Shown here: positions 13,341 through 26,318 of the stretch, one piece after another | Position numbering within the stretch: position 1 is the first letter of the stretch | How the letters are laid out: each line of letters begins with the position of its first letter | Origin: Hypanus sabinus | Lineage: Eukaryota | Direction of reading: 5' to 3' | NCBI RefSeq assembly: GCF_030144855.1 | Contig: NC_082716.1 | Location: 32,984,001-33,048,000 of the forward strand | Length of the DNA stretch: 64,000 bases | Program-made: the position numbers and the translations under genes | The notes under the pieces: model-generated | What the model saw: the letters and a program-made list of their open reading frames with translations, nothing else | Told to the model about the DNA's origin: nothing | Database searches by the model: none

Positions 13341-13769
13341 TAAAAGTCCCACATGCTGAAGATTTCCTTGGTTTTGAAACCACAGCAATTCAGGAGAACT
13401 TACAAAATATACAAATATGAAAAATATACAATTCATGGGAATGCCTTCCTCCTTGTTCTTCATTACCACCCTGAGAGTATTGCTACAGCTTTGATTTGTA
13501 GCTATGGCAACAGTGAAAGCATAGTACAATGGTGATGCAGTGATTAATCATGTACCATACTCCTTAAGGTGATAACAATCCATCAACCTTAAAGTAATAT
13601 TTAAGCTTGCAGCAAGTGTCATATTCTAAAATATTACAGTTATAATCTGAAAGTAAGAGTTAGGCTGTTAGTAATTTCTGAAAACATCTTTGCACAAATA
13701 TCCAGAACTCTCTACCCCTCCATCCTCTAAAATCTGGTACAATAAGAACTGGAACCATCAAGACCATGA

Positions 13770-14095
13770 AACCATAAGGCATAGAAGCAGAATTAAGCCA
13801 TTTGGCCAATCAAGTCTGCTCTGCCATTCCATCAAGGCTGACATATTATCCCTCTTCACCACATTTTCCTGCGTTTTCCCCATAACCTCGACACTAATCA
13901 AGAACCTATTAACCTCCACTTTAAATATATTCAATGACTTAACCTCCACCGCTATCTGAGGCAATGAATTCCACAGATTCACCAACCCCTGGCTGAAGAT
14001 ATTCTTCCTCATCTCTATTCTAAAAGGACACCTTTGTGCTTTGAGGCTCTGTCCCCTGGTCCTAGACATCCCCTAATCCTCTCCATGTCCACTCT
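13770..14095 (-). mobile_element. CR1 LINE 3' end
   Basis: SRTRGQSLK...FSQGLVNLWNSLP; (ACCAT) tail. Confidence 0.85.
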
Positions 14096-14957
14096 GGGAT
14101 GCAACTGATAGATTTTGAGAGGTAAAGTTCTTCAGAAATTTGTAGAAAAAGTGAGTAGATTAACTTGAGGAATGGATTATAGTCTATCTCAATTTTGAGT
14201 CAGGTACAAGGTAGAATGGCCTTGTTCCTAATGCCTGTATTTTCCCATATACTCCTGTATACTCCTGAAGCCACATGAATTTCTTTACAGTTAATCTTGC
14301 TGCCAATTGTTTTGTCATATGCAGATTTTGATGTTGTGGCCTGTACCCAAGATCAAGTCATTTACATATATTAAGAGCAACGGTCCCATCGCTGACTGCT
14401 CAGGTATGCCATTAATGCCATTAATGTCTTTCAAATCTTGAGCAATGTCAGCTCCGTTTCAAGTAGTCATGGGGGGTGTAGTTACTGCAGAAGAACTTTT
14501 ATTTTATCATCTATGTAAGATATATTATTTTTCTTTAACATATAGAACACTTGCACATTCTTGCTGTGCTTACCTGATGTCGATTTTGGGCAACTAAAAC
14601 GTAGTTTTTCAAAAGTCACATCTTGTGTGTTAAGATATTGATTTTCAATAAGGAATGAAAATGTCGCAAGTACCCACAGTGAATTGGGTTAAATGTGAGC
14701 TACAGTGATATTTCCTCATTTTTATATTTTTTGTGCTTTATGATAATTTCTCATCATTTTGTAAAATGAAATCTGATTATTGCTGTGTTATTTGTTATCA
14801 CTTTATCAAGAGTGATGTCATTACTGTTTCACTTCCTCTGTTTGCAAGGATGTCTTCAGGGATTGGGCCATGGCTTTTCTAAAAACTAAACAAGAGACTT
14901 CTCAGCCCATGTCAGATGTCTTCTTCAACTGGACTTCCAACTTTGTACCCAAACTAA

Positions 14958-15301
14958 ATGGCGTGCACCCGACTACGCAGTAGACTCTCAATTGGAGGAG
15001 GTGTTCTTCTTATGTCTGCAGCTGTTTGTTTTGCCTGGTGGAGTGATAACAAAACAGCTCTTGCAACAAGTCCAGGAATCTCAGTCAATGAAAAAGCGGA
15101 CACTATCATCCACCAAACCTCCTTGAGCCCACTGCTGAGATTACTGTCTTTTATGTTCTGTTTGATTGGAGGATTCTTGCCTCTTTTTGGCTTCCTATGG
15201 TTTGTAAAAGTGAACAGGCAAATGTCCAGTGGATACAGGCAATGGAATAGATCAACCTCATATCCCAACACCATGGAACAGAGAGCCAACTATAGGCACA
15301 G
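14958..15301 (+). CDS. TMEM61: Transmembrane protein 61, first coding exon (two TM helices)
   Basis: CFAWWS and SPLLR-xx-SF-x-x-C-xx-GG motifs of TMEM61; syntenic position between DHCR24 and BSND; donor AG|gtagga, phase 2; in-frame TAA immediately before the ATG. Confidence 0.88.
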
Positions 15302-15534
15302 GTAGGACAAACAGCAGACTAGTTTAGTATAAGGAACAAATTCCATTAAGTTGATTAGGCATTATTTTTGAGACACTATTTTTCAAACATAGTCGATGAT
15401 GATTGGAGCTGTGCAAAAAAGAAAGAATGACACCAAAGAATGATAAATAGAAGTCACCATCAAAGGAGTTGCGACTAAAATGCTACTTTACAATATAATG
15501 GTGATAGGTCGAATAAATGCTAAAATTATAAAAT

Positions 15535-15937
15535 AGCCACCATCCATGCTGCTAACATCAAGAAGGAGATATAGGAGCCCTAGGTCCCACACCACCAGGT
15601 TCAGGAAACGTTATTGCCCTTCAACTATCAAGCTCCTGAACTAGCATAGATAACTTTAATCACCTCATCTCTGAACTATTACACAACTATGGACTCACTT
15701 TCAAGGACTATACAACTCATGCTCTCAGCATTATTTTCTAGCTATCTGTTTATGTATTGTATTAGCACAGGTTGTCTTCTTTTGCACATTACTTGTTTGT
15801 CCATCTTTTTATTGTGTAGTTTTTCAGTGACTCTATTGTATTTCTTTGTTCTACTGTGAATAACTGCAAGAAAATGAATCTCACTGTAGTAGATGGTGGC
15901 ATAAACATAATTTGATAATAAACTTACTTTGAACTTG
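15535..15937 (+). mobile_element. LINE 3' fragment in the TMEM61 intron
   Basis: SRRRYRS...TTRFR remnant and GATAATAAA-CTTACTTTGAACTT tail. Confidence 0.75.
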
Positions 15938-16360
15938 GAGCTACTTCAGAAAGTAAAGAAAATCTATTATATTTTATTATTTGCAGAGGAAGTATGATAA
16001 ATGTAAACAAAAATTGAATGTCTCCAAGTTCCAAAAAGATTTTCTGATGTCATAGTAATAGATAAAATGCTCATTTTACCTATTTAGATCAAAGCTTGCA
16101 TCCATGTATTTGGCCACATTCACATTTTGCTGGAAATTGCACATTGTGCTTTAATGTTGAGTAACCTAGTGCCTCAATTTTGATTTTTTAAAAACTTTTA
16201 CTTTAGTAGAACAGAAGGGTAACTAATTATTTTAGGTAATTGATATCACTAATTTTTAAAGGCAAGAGTTTATGACATTTGTTCTGAAAATAGGAATTAG
16301 ACAAGTATTTTTTAAGAAGAGTCCAACATTCTTCCAATATTCTGCTCAAATATGTACCTC

Positions 16361-16484
16361 AGAATCAGAATCAGGTTTATTATCACTTATATATATTGTG
16401 AAATTTGTTGTTCATTAATTTGTTGTTTTGTGACAGCAGTATAGTTTAATATATAAAATGGACTATAAATTACAATAAAATTAT

Positions 16485-16519
<35 letters not shown>

Positions 16520-16750
16520 CAAATAAAATAAATCATATAATAAAGAAAGCAGATATAGTGAAGTAGTGTTCATTGGTTCATGGTCAAGAAATATGATGGT
16601 TGCAGGTAAGAAGCTGTTCCTAAAATGTTGACTGTTTGCCTTCAGGCTCCTGTACCTCTTGCCTGAAGGTAGCAATGAGAAGAGGGTATGCCCTGGGGGG
16701 AGCGATTCCTTGATGATTCCTAGCTGCCTTTTTGAGGCATCATCTTTTGA
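16361..16750 (-). mobile_element. LINE 3' fragment with (CA)n(TA)n microsatellite
   Basis: HTLFSLLPSGKRYRSLK...FRNSF; (TCAGAA) tail; microsatellite about 16483-16519. Confidence 0.8.
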
Positions 16751-16857
16751 AGAATTGCATGCGTACCTAAGCATTGTACACATGCTTATATCATTAATGT
16801 ATTTCAGGTGAAATTTAAATTTTTGTCTTGAATATTTATTGCTCTTTCTTTTTCTAG

Positions 16858-17179
16858 TGATCCTAATAACCTACAAGCCTGTTTGTACAGCCCGCTTTGT
16901 GAGGAACTCAACTGCACATCAGTGATGATGATGCCAACTAACAGCCTTCTGATTCCAGTGGCATCTGAAGACCCAGCTCTGCCTCCATCATATGAAAAGT
17001 TAACAGGCACTGGCAGGATTCAACTTCTACCCTGCTCACACGTCCCATCTAACAGTGCACTCCCACAGAGGGAGCAAATTCAGACTTTGCAGAAGGAAGA
17101 ACTTAGACCAGGCTCTCTAACATCAGCCGCCAATAGCATCCCTCCACCCAGTTACAACAATATCCATTTGCATGTTTGA
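16858..17179 (+). CDS. TMEM61: Transmembrane protein 61, last coding exon (cytosolic tail with two PPxY motifs)
   Basis: Pyrimidine-rich acceptor ctttctttttctag; phase 2 completes AG|T (Ser); PVASEDPALPPSYE and IPPPSYNNI resemble the TMEM61 tail; total CDS 666 nt = 221 aa + stop. Confidence 0.85.
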
Positions 17180-18429
17180 TGATGTCCAGAAGACCAACAT
17201 TTTCAGTGGCCATGAATACACCATTTTGAACTTCTAATAGAGTATTCTTTTCACTTAGAAATTCAATAAGGTTTCTTTTTTACTTCCTAAGTTAGGTGTC
17301 CATGATTCTAGGTTCTTTTGCTTTTTTTTTAAACAGGTAAAGCTGAACCATCACATTAGGATAGTTGTTCTTCACAATTTCTCAGTTAAGCAATGGAAAC
17401 CACCATTGCCAATACCAATGTAGCTTGGGGTTCTTGTATGTATAATGTGTATGTTGTCAGAACATAAGTATTGGAATTCAACTGATGTAGAGCGAATTAG
17501 ATTAACTTTTTCAGAAATCTGTATGCATTTTCTGCTGTTCTAATAGCTAGTTGTGAAGAGTATGTAATGTGAAACAATTTAATTTTAAGTTAATTTACAA
17601 ATGTTCCTAACTTCAATGGATAATATAATTCTATCCATAGAACCTAAAATGTTAAATGTTTCATAGGAATACCTCTTTAACCATTCTTCTTAGAACATGA
17701 AAAAAAAGTTGTTCCACTTCTTGGTGGCATGATGATGAAAGTAAAATAAGAGATTCTTGTCAGCTCACTGTGAATCTTTTATTTAAATTAATTTTATTTT
17801 ACCATTCTAATGTTCTCTTGTATTTTACCAACTGTACTTGATTAGCCCAAAAGGAATTTATTAGTCTCCTTAGAATGGTGCTTAGAATGATGCTTACATT
17901 TGACCCACATGTATTGGGCCTAACAGTTTGTATATGTTCTGCTGTATAATAATCAAAGGGTCTGTAATTCTGGAATGCAGTCTGAGATACTTCATTGGTG
18001 CCACACTGACCTGTGAGCCAGGAGATTGAGATCACACCCAATTCAAGAGCTGTACACAAATCTTTTCTGGCTTTGGTACTAGAGTTGTGGTGTGCCTTTG
18101 GAGGTCGCATTTTTCAGGTGAATAATTGAACTCAGTTTCAAGTGGATGTGAATGATCTATTGAAGGCGAACAAGGAATTTCTCCACGTACAAACATGTAA
18201 ACCTCAACTACTGAAAGCAATGATTTTATCAATTTTTGCATTACATTTGTGAGGCATTGTTCTCCACTCTCCACAAAATGACTACATCATTTCCTATAGC
18301 AAAAGAGCAACTATGCCTAAAATACATACCTCGAGGGTATGTTCATGGTCTTCTGCTGCTGTAGCCCATCCTCTTCAAGGCTCAACATGTTGTGCATTCA
18401 GAGATACTGTTCTGTACTCGACTGTTGTA

Positions 18430-19908
18430 GTAGGCCCTCTGTTGATCAGCATTGACCATGAATGTTATGTCCTAGCTGTCTATGTGATATACAAGCTAGT
18501 ATGCAAGCCAAGGCAGTAGGATATGGAAAGCAAGCTGTTGTCCATGCGGTAGGCTCCCTCGTTCTGTGCAGCTGATGAATCCAAAGGAACAGCAGAGACC
18601 AATACAGTTTGGCACCAGCGGTGTCACAGAAGTTGCCAGTCAACTTTGAACTCAAAGCAGGCCAGCCTCAGAGACTCCAGCTCTGGATTTTTCCTTGAGG
18701 TTTACTCCCAAAACCTTCCCCAAAAGTGGATATAGCCACAAAGCAGCAGAGGTTTGAGATTAGAGTTTTCCTTCTCCTAGATGAGCTGCCAGCCACGGCA
18801 CATGAGCCCATCTGTCTGAAACAACTGTTTTAAGACACCAGTAATCTACCTTTGTCCCTCCTCCTGTCAGTAGAAATGGTTCCACCAGGCTTACTAGTGT
18901 TATGAATGTGAAGCAACTCTGAGGGGCCGAAGGGTACAAAGTCAACCCCTCCTTTTTGAGAATCGCAAGATCGCTATTAATTCGGGTCTGAGACCCAGGA
19001 AATGAGAGAGAGAGACACGCAGAGTACACAGGGTTTGGAATGTGTCCTGGCCTCAGCGAAATGGAACCACTGATAACGGCCATTGTCTCTTGGATTCAGA
19101 ATTGTGTATTGAGTACTGTACTATTCAGTGAAACCCCTCGGAGACAACCAGAGTGGTCTGGTTGAGGGATTGCATCATCCCAACCTGATTGACATCTGAG
19201 ACCCCGTGAGTAGGGATAAAAAAGGGGTCTGGGGAACAAGCCCTTTAGACGCACCAGGAGAAACGCTAGAAATCCCGTGACAGCGTTTTATAGCAAACGC
19301 CGGTGAGAGCTGGTGTGTGTCCTCCCTTGCCAGGGTGGCGGGCTCATCACGGAAGAACGGTTTAGCTAAAGGAGAGGCCACAAGTGAAAGGCCACGACAA
19401 CGAGACTCCTGACAGATCGAAATCATAAAAGGAAAGCCGGCAAGTTTTTCTCCAAATCTCTCTCTCTCTCTCTCTCCAACCATTGCAACACAGCGGTCCC
19501 CAATGGCTGCAGCCTGCATGAACTGAGTGAACTTTATATTTCCATCGGACAATGCATTATCCCCTAGACAACGATAGAGCTTATTTCTTATTGATTATTA
19601 TTATACCCGCACTTTTAGATTTAGTATTGACGACGTATATTATCTGTATATTTGCATTGATATTATTTTTGTGTATTTTTACTAACAAATACTGTTAAAA
19701 ATAGTATCATCAGACTTCAACAGATGTCTCCATCTTTGCTGGTAAGTGACCCAGTTACGGGGTTCATAACACTAGCTAAGCCACATGTGAAGGCTAGGAG
19801 CTGGACTTGGTTGTTAGCGCTAATGGAGACGCACACCTTTGGGAGCATTTAAAAGGTAGTGGGAGTTTATCCCCACTACCAATCCAACCATGACAAGTTT
19901 AAGGAACC
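18430..19908 (-). mobile_element. Non-autonomous retroposon, probably RTE-derived, with a 9-bp target duplication
   Basis: ACTGTTGTA at 18421-18429 and 19909-19917; (TAC)n-like tail on the minus strand; 5'UTR-like motifs recalled from RTE elements. Confidence 0.55.
18898..19771 (+). mobile_element. Solo LTR (874 bp) with 4-bp TSD CTAG
   Basis: TGTTATGAA...TTCATAACA inverted termini; CTAG at 18894-18897 and 19772-19775; TATA-like GATAAAAA and internal (CT)n. Confidence 0.85.
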
Positions 19909-22054
19909 ACTGTTGTAATGTGTGGTTATTGGAGTTACTGCTGCCTTCCTGTCAGCTTAAAACAGTCTGGCCATTCTCCTCTGACTGCTCTCATTAACAA
20001 GGTGTTTTTGCTCACAGAGCTGCCATATACTGGATGTGATTTGTTTCTTACACCATTCTTTGTAAACTCTACGGACTGTAGTGCATGAAAATCTCAGGAG
20101 ATCAGCAGTTTTTGAGATACTCAAGCCACCCTGTCTGGTACCAGTAATTATTCCAAGGTCAAGGTCAAGCTTGCATTTCTTGCCCATTTTGATGTTTGGT
20201 CTCAACAACTGACTGAACCTCTTGACCATGTCTGCATGCTTTTATGCACTGAGTTGTTGCCACATGATTGGCTGAATAGATATTTGCAGTTGTATAGGTT
20301 TATCTAATAATTAGCAAGCAGGTGTACCTAATAAACTGGCCACTGAGTGTATTGGTATTATGGAGCTTCATGAAAGGCATTATATATCTGCATTTATTTT
20401 GCAAACTCAATAGATTAGAGCAAATCTTCTGGTCACATGATTGGAGTAAGTGATCAATGTCAGGGTGCACCCTTGCAAGGTGTCAGGCCCAAATTGTGGC
20501 CACCTAGCAGTATATTTAAATAAAAATATAGTCCAACCAAGGGCAACATGTAGTAAGACCATTTAACTCAACCATTCAGATCTCTCTGCAAAATGCAATG
20601 TTATTGCCATGAACCCAGTTGCCACACAGGAGAAGATGCCTGCAACCCTGCAGCGGTGAGCAAATCCATTCCGTTGGATGCCCACTTGCTCATTTGGAAC
20701 CTGGAAAGGATCTACAATTCAGTGAACAACTTAAAGCAACTCTTCAGCTGTTGGAAATCACCTGAGCTTTTTTTTTTACCTTTGTGAATTTCCAAATATC
20801 TCAGAGGAAGATCTTGAGCTAAAATCTCACGAAGCTTTACTGTGTTGTAATGGATTAGATTCCTAGGGCAGGGTTAGAATTACCCCAACAAATCGGTCCC
20901 AGTGATTCAGATATACAATGGAGGGCTTTACTGAGTCTCCTGCCCCTCCAATTAATGAAGGGTTTAGCAGGATTCTTCAATAAAGTAAATTGATTCTGCA
21001 GACTCTGTCTCAAATACTTAGCATTTTGTACTTTTCATATCTTGTATATTGTGACAAATAAATAGTAATCTGTAACAGATGGTGTCAGAGTAAATCATTT
21101 GCATGAGCCTGCTCTCTTGTATCTTGTTTAGATTTCCTGTGACTGAAGGAGTGATTTTTTTTTTATTTTAAGAAAAGGAATTGGATATGATATGCCTTAT
21201 AGCAAAACTGTACAAGGGATCTATGTTGGTCAAAGCATTCTGTCAATGAAACATGTTTCACAACACAACGTCTCCCTCCTGAAATTATGTTAAGTCATAG
21301 ATTTCACCATAAGTTGCAATTTAGAAATGCTCTGAGAACAAAACATAACAATGGGCTGCAAGTAATCCTTCAGCTGGGATAGATTTTAAGGACTTACTAG
21401 GAAACTGGGTTTTTATCTCTAATAGTTGTATTAATTTCTAAGTTTTTATGTTGATGTTTGCTTGTCCAGGGGTCATTCAATGGCTTTTCATTCTTAATTC
21501 CTGTTACTGCAAATGCAAGATTGCAGAGGTCATGTTTTGAGATGAATTCTAAAGAAGAGAAGGTGTATAAAGAATCTCCCTCGCAGATGCTGTGTAATGT
21601 TCTGTTGAAGCCCACAATTCCACAGCTGATATCATCTCACCAGGGCAGATATAATTCTGATGCAAGTTCCTCTTCTGAAAACACAAGCTATGGGACAAGT
21701 TTAGATGCCATTTTGGTGGGAATGGACCAGCTGGGCTACAGGGCCTGTTTCTGTGCTGTGTACAAACCATCTCCTTACGGCATTGCTAAGACAGTCTGAT
21801 TGATATTATAGAAATCCTTCACAATCCGATCACCGTACCCCACCCCACCACTTCTTCTGAAACCTGAGGATCTGGCAGATCCAGAACAGATTTTTCTTCT
21901 TTGATGTCATTACTGGGCACCATGGAGTTCTGGCACATACTTGAACACAGTAGGCAACAGTGGTCTGGATTGTGTCTGTGTGCTTGCAGGATTGTTACAC
22001 TATGACAGGAACAGCACAGGGAAGTTCAGAGGGGATCACCATCAGAAGCTCATT

Positions 22055-22590
22055 ATAAGACTATAAGACCAGAAGGGATAGGAGCAGAATTAGGCCATTC
22101 AGTCCCAACAAGTCTGCTCTGTCATTTCATCATGGCTGCTTCACTTTCTCTCTCAATCCTGTTCTCCTGCCTTCCCCCATAACCATTCACACCCTGACTA
22201 ATCAAGAAGCTATCAACCAACCTCTGCTTAAATATGCCCAGTGACCTGATCTCCACAGCTGTGTGTGGCAATAAATTCCACAGATCCACCAGCCTCTGGC
22301 TAAAGAAATTCTTCCTCATCTCTGTTCTAAATGGGCATCCCTCTATTCTGAGGCTGTGCTCTCAGGTCCTAGACTCCCCTACTATAGGAAACATCCTCTC
22401 CACATCCACACTGTATGGACATTCCAACATTTGATTAGGCTTCAATGAGATACCCCCTCATCCTTCCAAACCAGCGAGTACAGGCCTAGAGCCATCAGAT
22501 GCTCCTCCTACAATAACCATTTCATTTCCAGAATCATTCTCACAAACCTCCTCTTAATCCTCTTCACTACCTTCTCAATGCTGGCACCCT
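22055..22590 (-). mobile_element. CR1 LINE 3' fragment
   Basis: MRKNFFSQRLVDLWNLLP; ATAAGAC tail. Confidence 0.85.
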
Positions 22591-23039
22591 CAAAATGAGC
22601 CTTTTTCTCTTTAATCTACAATATAGATGCAAGCATTCAGTCCCTTATTACAGTTTGCTATTTCTTAATGTCGAAATCCTCACCGATGGCATTCTGAATT
22701 TTTTCCCGTATTATGACCTCATTTATTTGTCTCTGTCCCTTGCATGGAATTTTCCATTCCACCTAAATCCATTTAATTCTAAACCTAATGGTGTGAATAA
22801 TTGTACAAATTTTCTTGAGAATTAATTTGCATTTTTCCCAGAGTTAAATTAATTAACTGATTTCCACTTAAAGGTTAAGATTAGCACCGTAATTCATGTT
22901 CCATAACTGATTTTTAGCATGCATGTTTGAGTAATAAATTTCATTTTATCTTTGTGTGATAATTTGACAACACAAATACATCATGATAGGAAGAGATATA
23001 TATAATCCCCACGTTTAAACTGAGATTTAAAAAAATTAT

Positions 23040-23530
23040 TTACTGCCTGTTATGCCTCTGGTGCTTGGGGCTCTACCTCTGTCTGCCCTTGGATATCTCC
23101 TCAATTGTGCCCCAGGTGTGGTTCAGAGTCCTCATTTCTGCCTCTACAGTATGGTGCCAAGTTGCCTTTGGTCTCCAGTGTTTCCTCCGCACTTCAGGGG
23201 TCCAATGAAGTGCTGCTTTGATGATAGAGTTAACCTCTCTTCTCATCACGTGTCCAATCCATCTCCAACATTTCCCCATGATGATTGTGGCCATGTCCTC
23301 TTGGTGACACTGAAGGAGCAGGCTGTGGTTGGAGGTCTTTCTTGGCCAGAAAATATGAAGGATCTTCCGGAGATTCATGGTGTGGAATGACGACAACTTG
23401 GCAAGTTCGCTCTCTGCCAGATGTCAGCATTCTAGATCGTGCAAGAGTGTAGACAGTACTCAGCTCTGGTACAGCTTCACCTTGGCGTGGACATTGTGCT
23501 TGGTTGATCCCATATGCTGCTCATTGATCT
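23040..23530 (-). mobile_element. RTE-clade LINE 3' fragment
   Basis: FHTMNLRKILHIFWP...WRWIGHVMRR...ALHWTPE..RK..RPKATW, typical RTE C-terminus. Confidence 0.85.
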
Positions 23531-24624
23531 GAGATCCAATATTATTTATCACAGCATTTCCGTGTACAACAGGAGTCAGTTTCTGTAATCAGGATCTGGC
23601 CAATATTCCAGCAGAGTGGATCTCTGCAAATTCTAGGGACTAGATTCCCATCCCATTGAAATCAGGTAAATAAATCTGTGAGGTACCATAGATATTTGAG
23701 GACTCTGATACCTGAACCATTTCATCACTCAACCCACATCACTGACTAGAAGGGAAATTGTAGAATTACTACATGGTATTTTGTTGCTTACAGAAACTGC
23801 AGCTACAGTAGCTTACTTTTAACCAGTCGGGAAGATACAATAATTATAAATAACCATAATTTTTGATGCAAAAGTAATTTCATGAAGTGAAAAAGTATTT
23901 GACCACAATCACATAACCAGGCAATACATAAACTAAAATAGTTCAGAACAGCTATCATGTTTATGAGAAAAACACTAGCCAAAGCAAATTAAAACAATTT
24001 TCTTCCAAGTTATGTGCTTGGTTTAGTTAAACCTGAACTCAGCCCTTACATGTTTGAATTAAAAGACAAAATCTATGATTAACTCAACTATGTTTTCATA
24101 ACAGCTTTGTTGACCCTGTAACGCACCAACAACCCTTAATCATCTGGTTTGAATGAATAAAAATGACGGTCCTGAAATGAATAAGTTAATACATGCCAAG
24201 GGTAAAGAAGAGCAGAACAAGGGCAAAAACATCATGTTCCAATACCCTTGGTGTTTGCTATAACAGAAGGAGCACTTACAAAATACACAAAAAAACCTTC
24301 CTGCATAATTAACAGCAATAATAATCATTCAAAGAACTATGGGCTGGGAAATGTACAATTCTGCATTCTTTATACAAGCCATGATTAAAGTGCTGGAAGT
24401 ACTTCACAGATGCAGTTTGATCGAATAAGTATTTCCAGCACTTTCTGCTTTTAGTTTGGACTTCCAGCATCTGTGGTTTTCACAGAAGGTGAGCTGCCCT
24501 GATTTTCAGCTGTGTCTATATATATTCTTAATCATATATTTGTTCAGCCGACATTTTTACACCTTCATCTGAAAGTGAGAGTGGAATCAGAATAAAGAAA
24601 TCACAAAATATGACTCATCTTAAA

Positions 24625-24742
24625 CCTGCAGATGCTGGAAATCCAAGTAACACACACAAAATGCTGAGGAACTCAGCAGGCCAGGCAGCATCTATGCAAA
24701 ATGATACAGTCAATGTTTGGGCCGTGACCCTTCACAGGACTC
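24625..24742 (-). mobile_element. Penelope terminal fragment with a degenerate hammerhead
   Basis: CTGCAGATGCTGGAAATCC...CACACAAAATGCTGAGG...GGGCCGTGACCCTTC, similar to 3585-3700. Confidence 0.75.
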
Positions 24743-25069
24743 ATCCTGGCTGATTCCAATAGGGCAATTATGCCTCTAACTAGTGAAACAAAAGGCCACT
24801 CCTAAGATAGTCAGTCTATTCTTAAGTCAAGTGTTTGCCAAACACCAGGTAATTTACTTCTGAGCAGAGGCCACCTTATGATGGCCAGTTTGTGGCAATT
24901 TTTTAAATAATCTATTAAAACAAAAGGAATTCAATATATGAAGCAGAGATATTCCTTAACCATTCCAAATTTCTGGAAAAAAATTATTGGTCTCATGTAC
25001 ATCAAAGCTCACAGTGTAATGCATTGTTTGAGTCAAATCAAATCAAATCAAATCAGTGAGGACAGTTCT

Positions 25070-25290
25070 GGGCAGCCCGCAAGTGTCACCTTGCTTCCAG
25101 CACTGACATTACATGCCTACAACTCACCAACCTAACTGTACACCCTGGAAACCAGAGCAACTGGAGATAACCCGCGAGGTCTGCAAGGAGAACCTGTAAA
25201 CTCCTTATAGACAACAATGGGAGTCATACCTAGCTGGCGTACAGCTGGTGTGCTGTAAAGCATTGTGCTAACTGTTAAGCTAACGCACCC
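25070..25290 (-). mobile_element. V-SINE-like element, decayed
   Basis: GGAAACCAGAGCAACTGGAGATAACCCGC...GGAGAACCTGTAAACTCC resembles the reverse complement of the V-domain core. Confidence 0.6.
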
Positions 25291-25296
25291 ACCAAT

Positions 25297-25508
25297 TGTA
25301 GTAAACTATGTATACCTGTCTGGAGACGCCTCCCCCCCCCCTGCACCCCCAGCTGACTACTCCTGTGGCTCCTCCCACAGACCCCTGTATAAAGGCAATT
25401 GGGGCACTGCTCCTCCCTCAGCCTTCAACATGGTCATGTTCCCTTTTTCGCTGTTAATGAAAGCCTATCATTCACTTCCAGTCTCCTAGAATTATTGATG
25501 GTGCATCA
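25297..25508 (+). mobile_element. Short solo LTR (212 bp) with 5-bp TSD CCAAT
   Basis: TG...CA termini; CCAAT at 25292-25296 and 25509-25513; TATAAA inside; homologous to 56938-57152. Confidence 0.85.
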
Positions 25509-26236
25509 CCAATTAAATGTAATTTCTGAATTAAATCTGCAGGCCTTATGTTCAGAATAAACAAACAATAATTTTACAAAAGACAACCATTATACTCAGA
25601 TGCAAGGATTTAACTGCTTTTATGTTCACTGTTCAAAAGGGGAAAAAATAAGAAAAAATAAAGGATCATTGTTTAATTCATACATGCATAAGGCAGAGGT
25701 GCGTCAGAAACAGATTCTTGTACAACATAACCAACCAAACAGAACCTAAAGAGTTGGTGCATTATAATAGATAGGTTGATAGTGCAAAGTAGCAAAGCAT
25801 TTTCTTCATTCTCAGGATGTAGTCCTAGTTGATGTGACTAATATTTATTGCTCATCCCTGGCTGATCAATGAGAGGCTTGATATAATTAATTGGCTAGCC
25901 AGAAAACCCCACAGGGCTGTTTACACTCCATTTGGAGTCTGCCAGAAGACAGATTGGTTAAGGAAGTAGTTCATTTTCCCTATAGAACAATAGTGAATTA
26001 ATCATCTTTTTTTTAAACTACATTGGAATTTTCAGGTCAAATTTACAATAATGTTTTTTAAACTGCAGACTCAAATTCTTATGGTGGGATTTGAATTCAT
26101 ACTTCTTGATTATTAATGAAATTGTAATTTAACTATTAGATAACTGGCTGTTATGGTACCTGCGCATTTATGGAATGAGTTCAGTTCCACAATAATTATG
26201 AAGACATTTAAGTAACTAGGAATTTGTATTTATAAT

Positions 26237-26318
26237 TAGGGATTCCCAACATGGCGCCCGTGGACCCTTAGCTTAATGGTATTGGTCCATGGCATAACGA
26301 AAAGTTTGGGAACTCCTG
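26237..26318. mobile_element. hAT (Charlie/Buster-type) MITE
   Basis: TAGGGATTCCCAAC...GTTTGGGAACTCCTG imperfect terminal inverted repeats; TSD not clean. Confidence 0.5.

Larger units (their letters stand above)
18330..20351 (-). mobile_element. Tc1/mariner remnant with HTH fragment, split by nested insertions
   Basis: MGKKCKLDLDLGIITGTRQGGLSISKTADLLRFSCTTVRRVYKEW; terminal GTGTACCTAATAAACTGGCCACTGAGTG-TA; sequence resumes across an ACTGTTGTA duplication. Confidence 0.75.
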
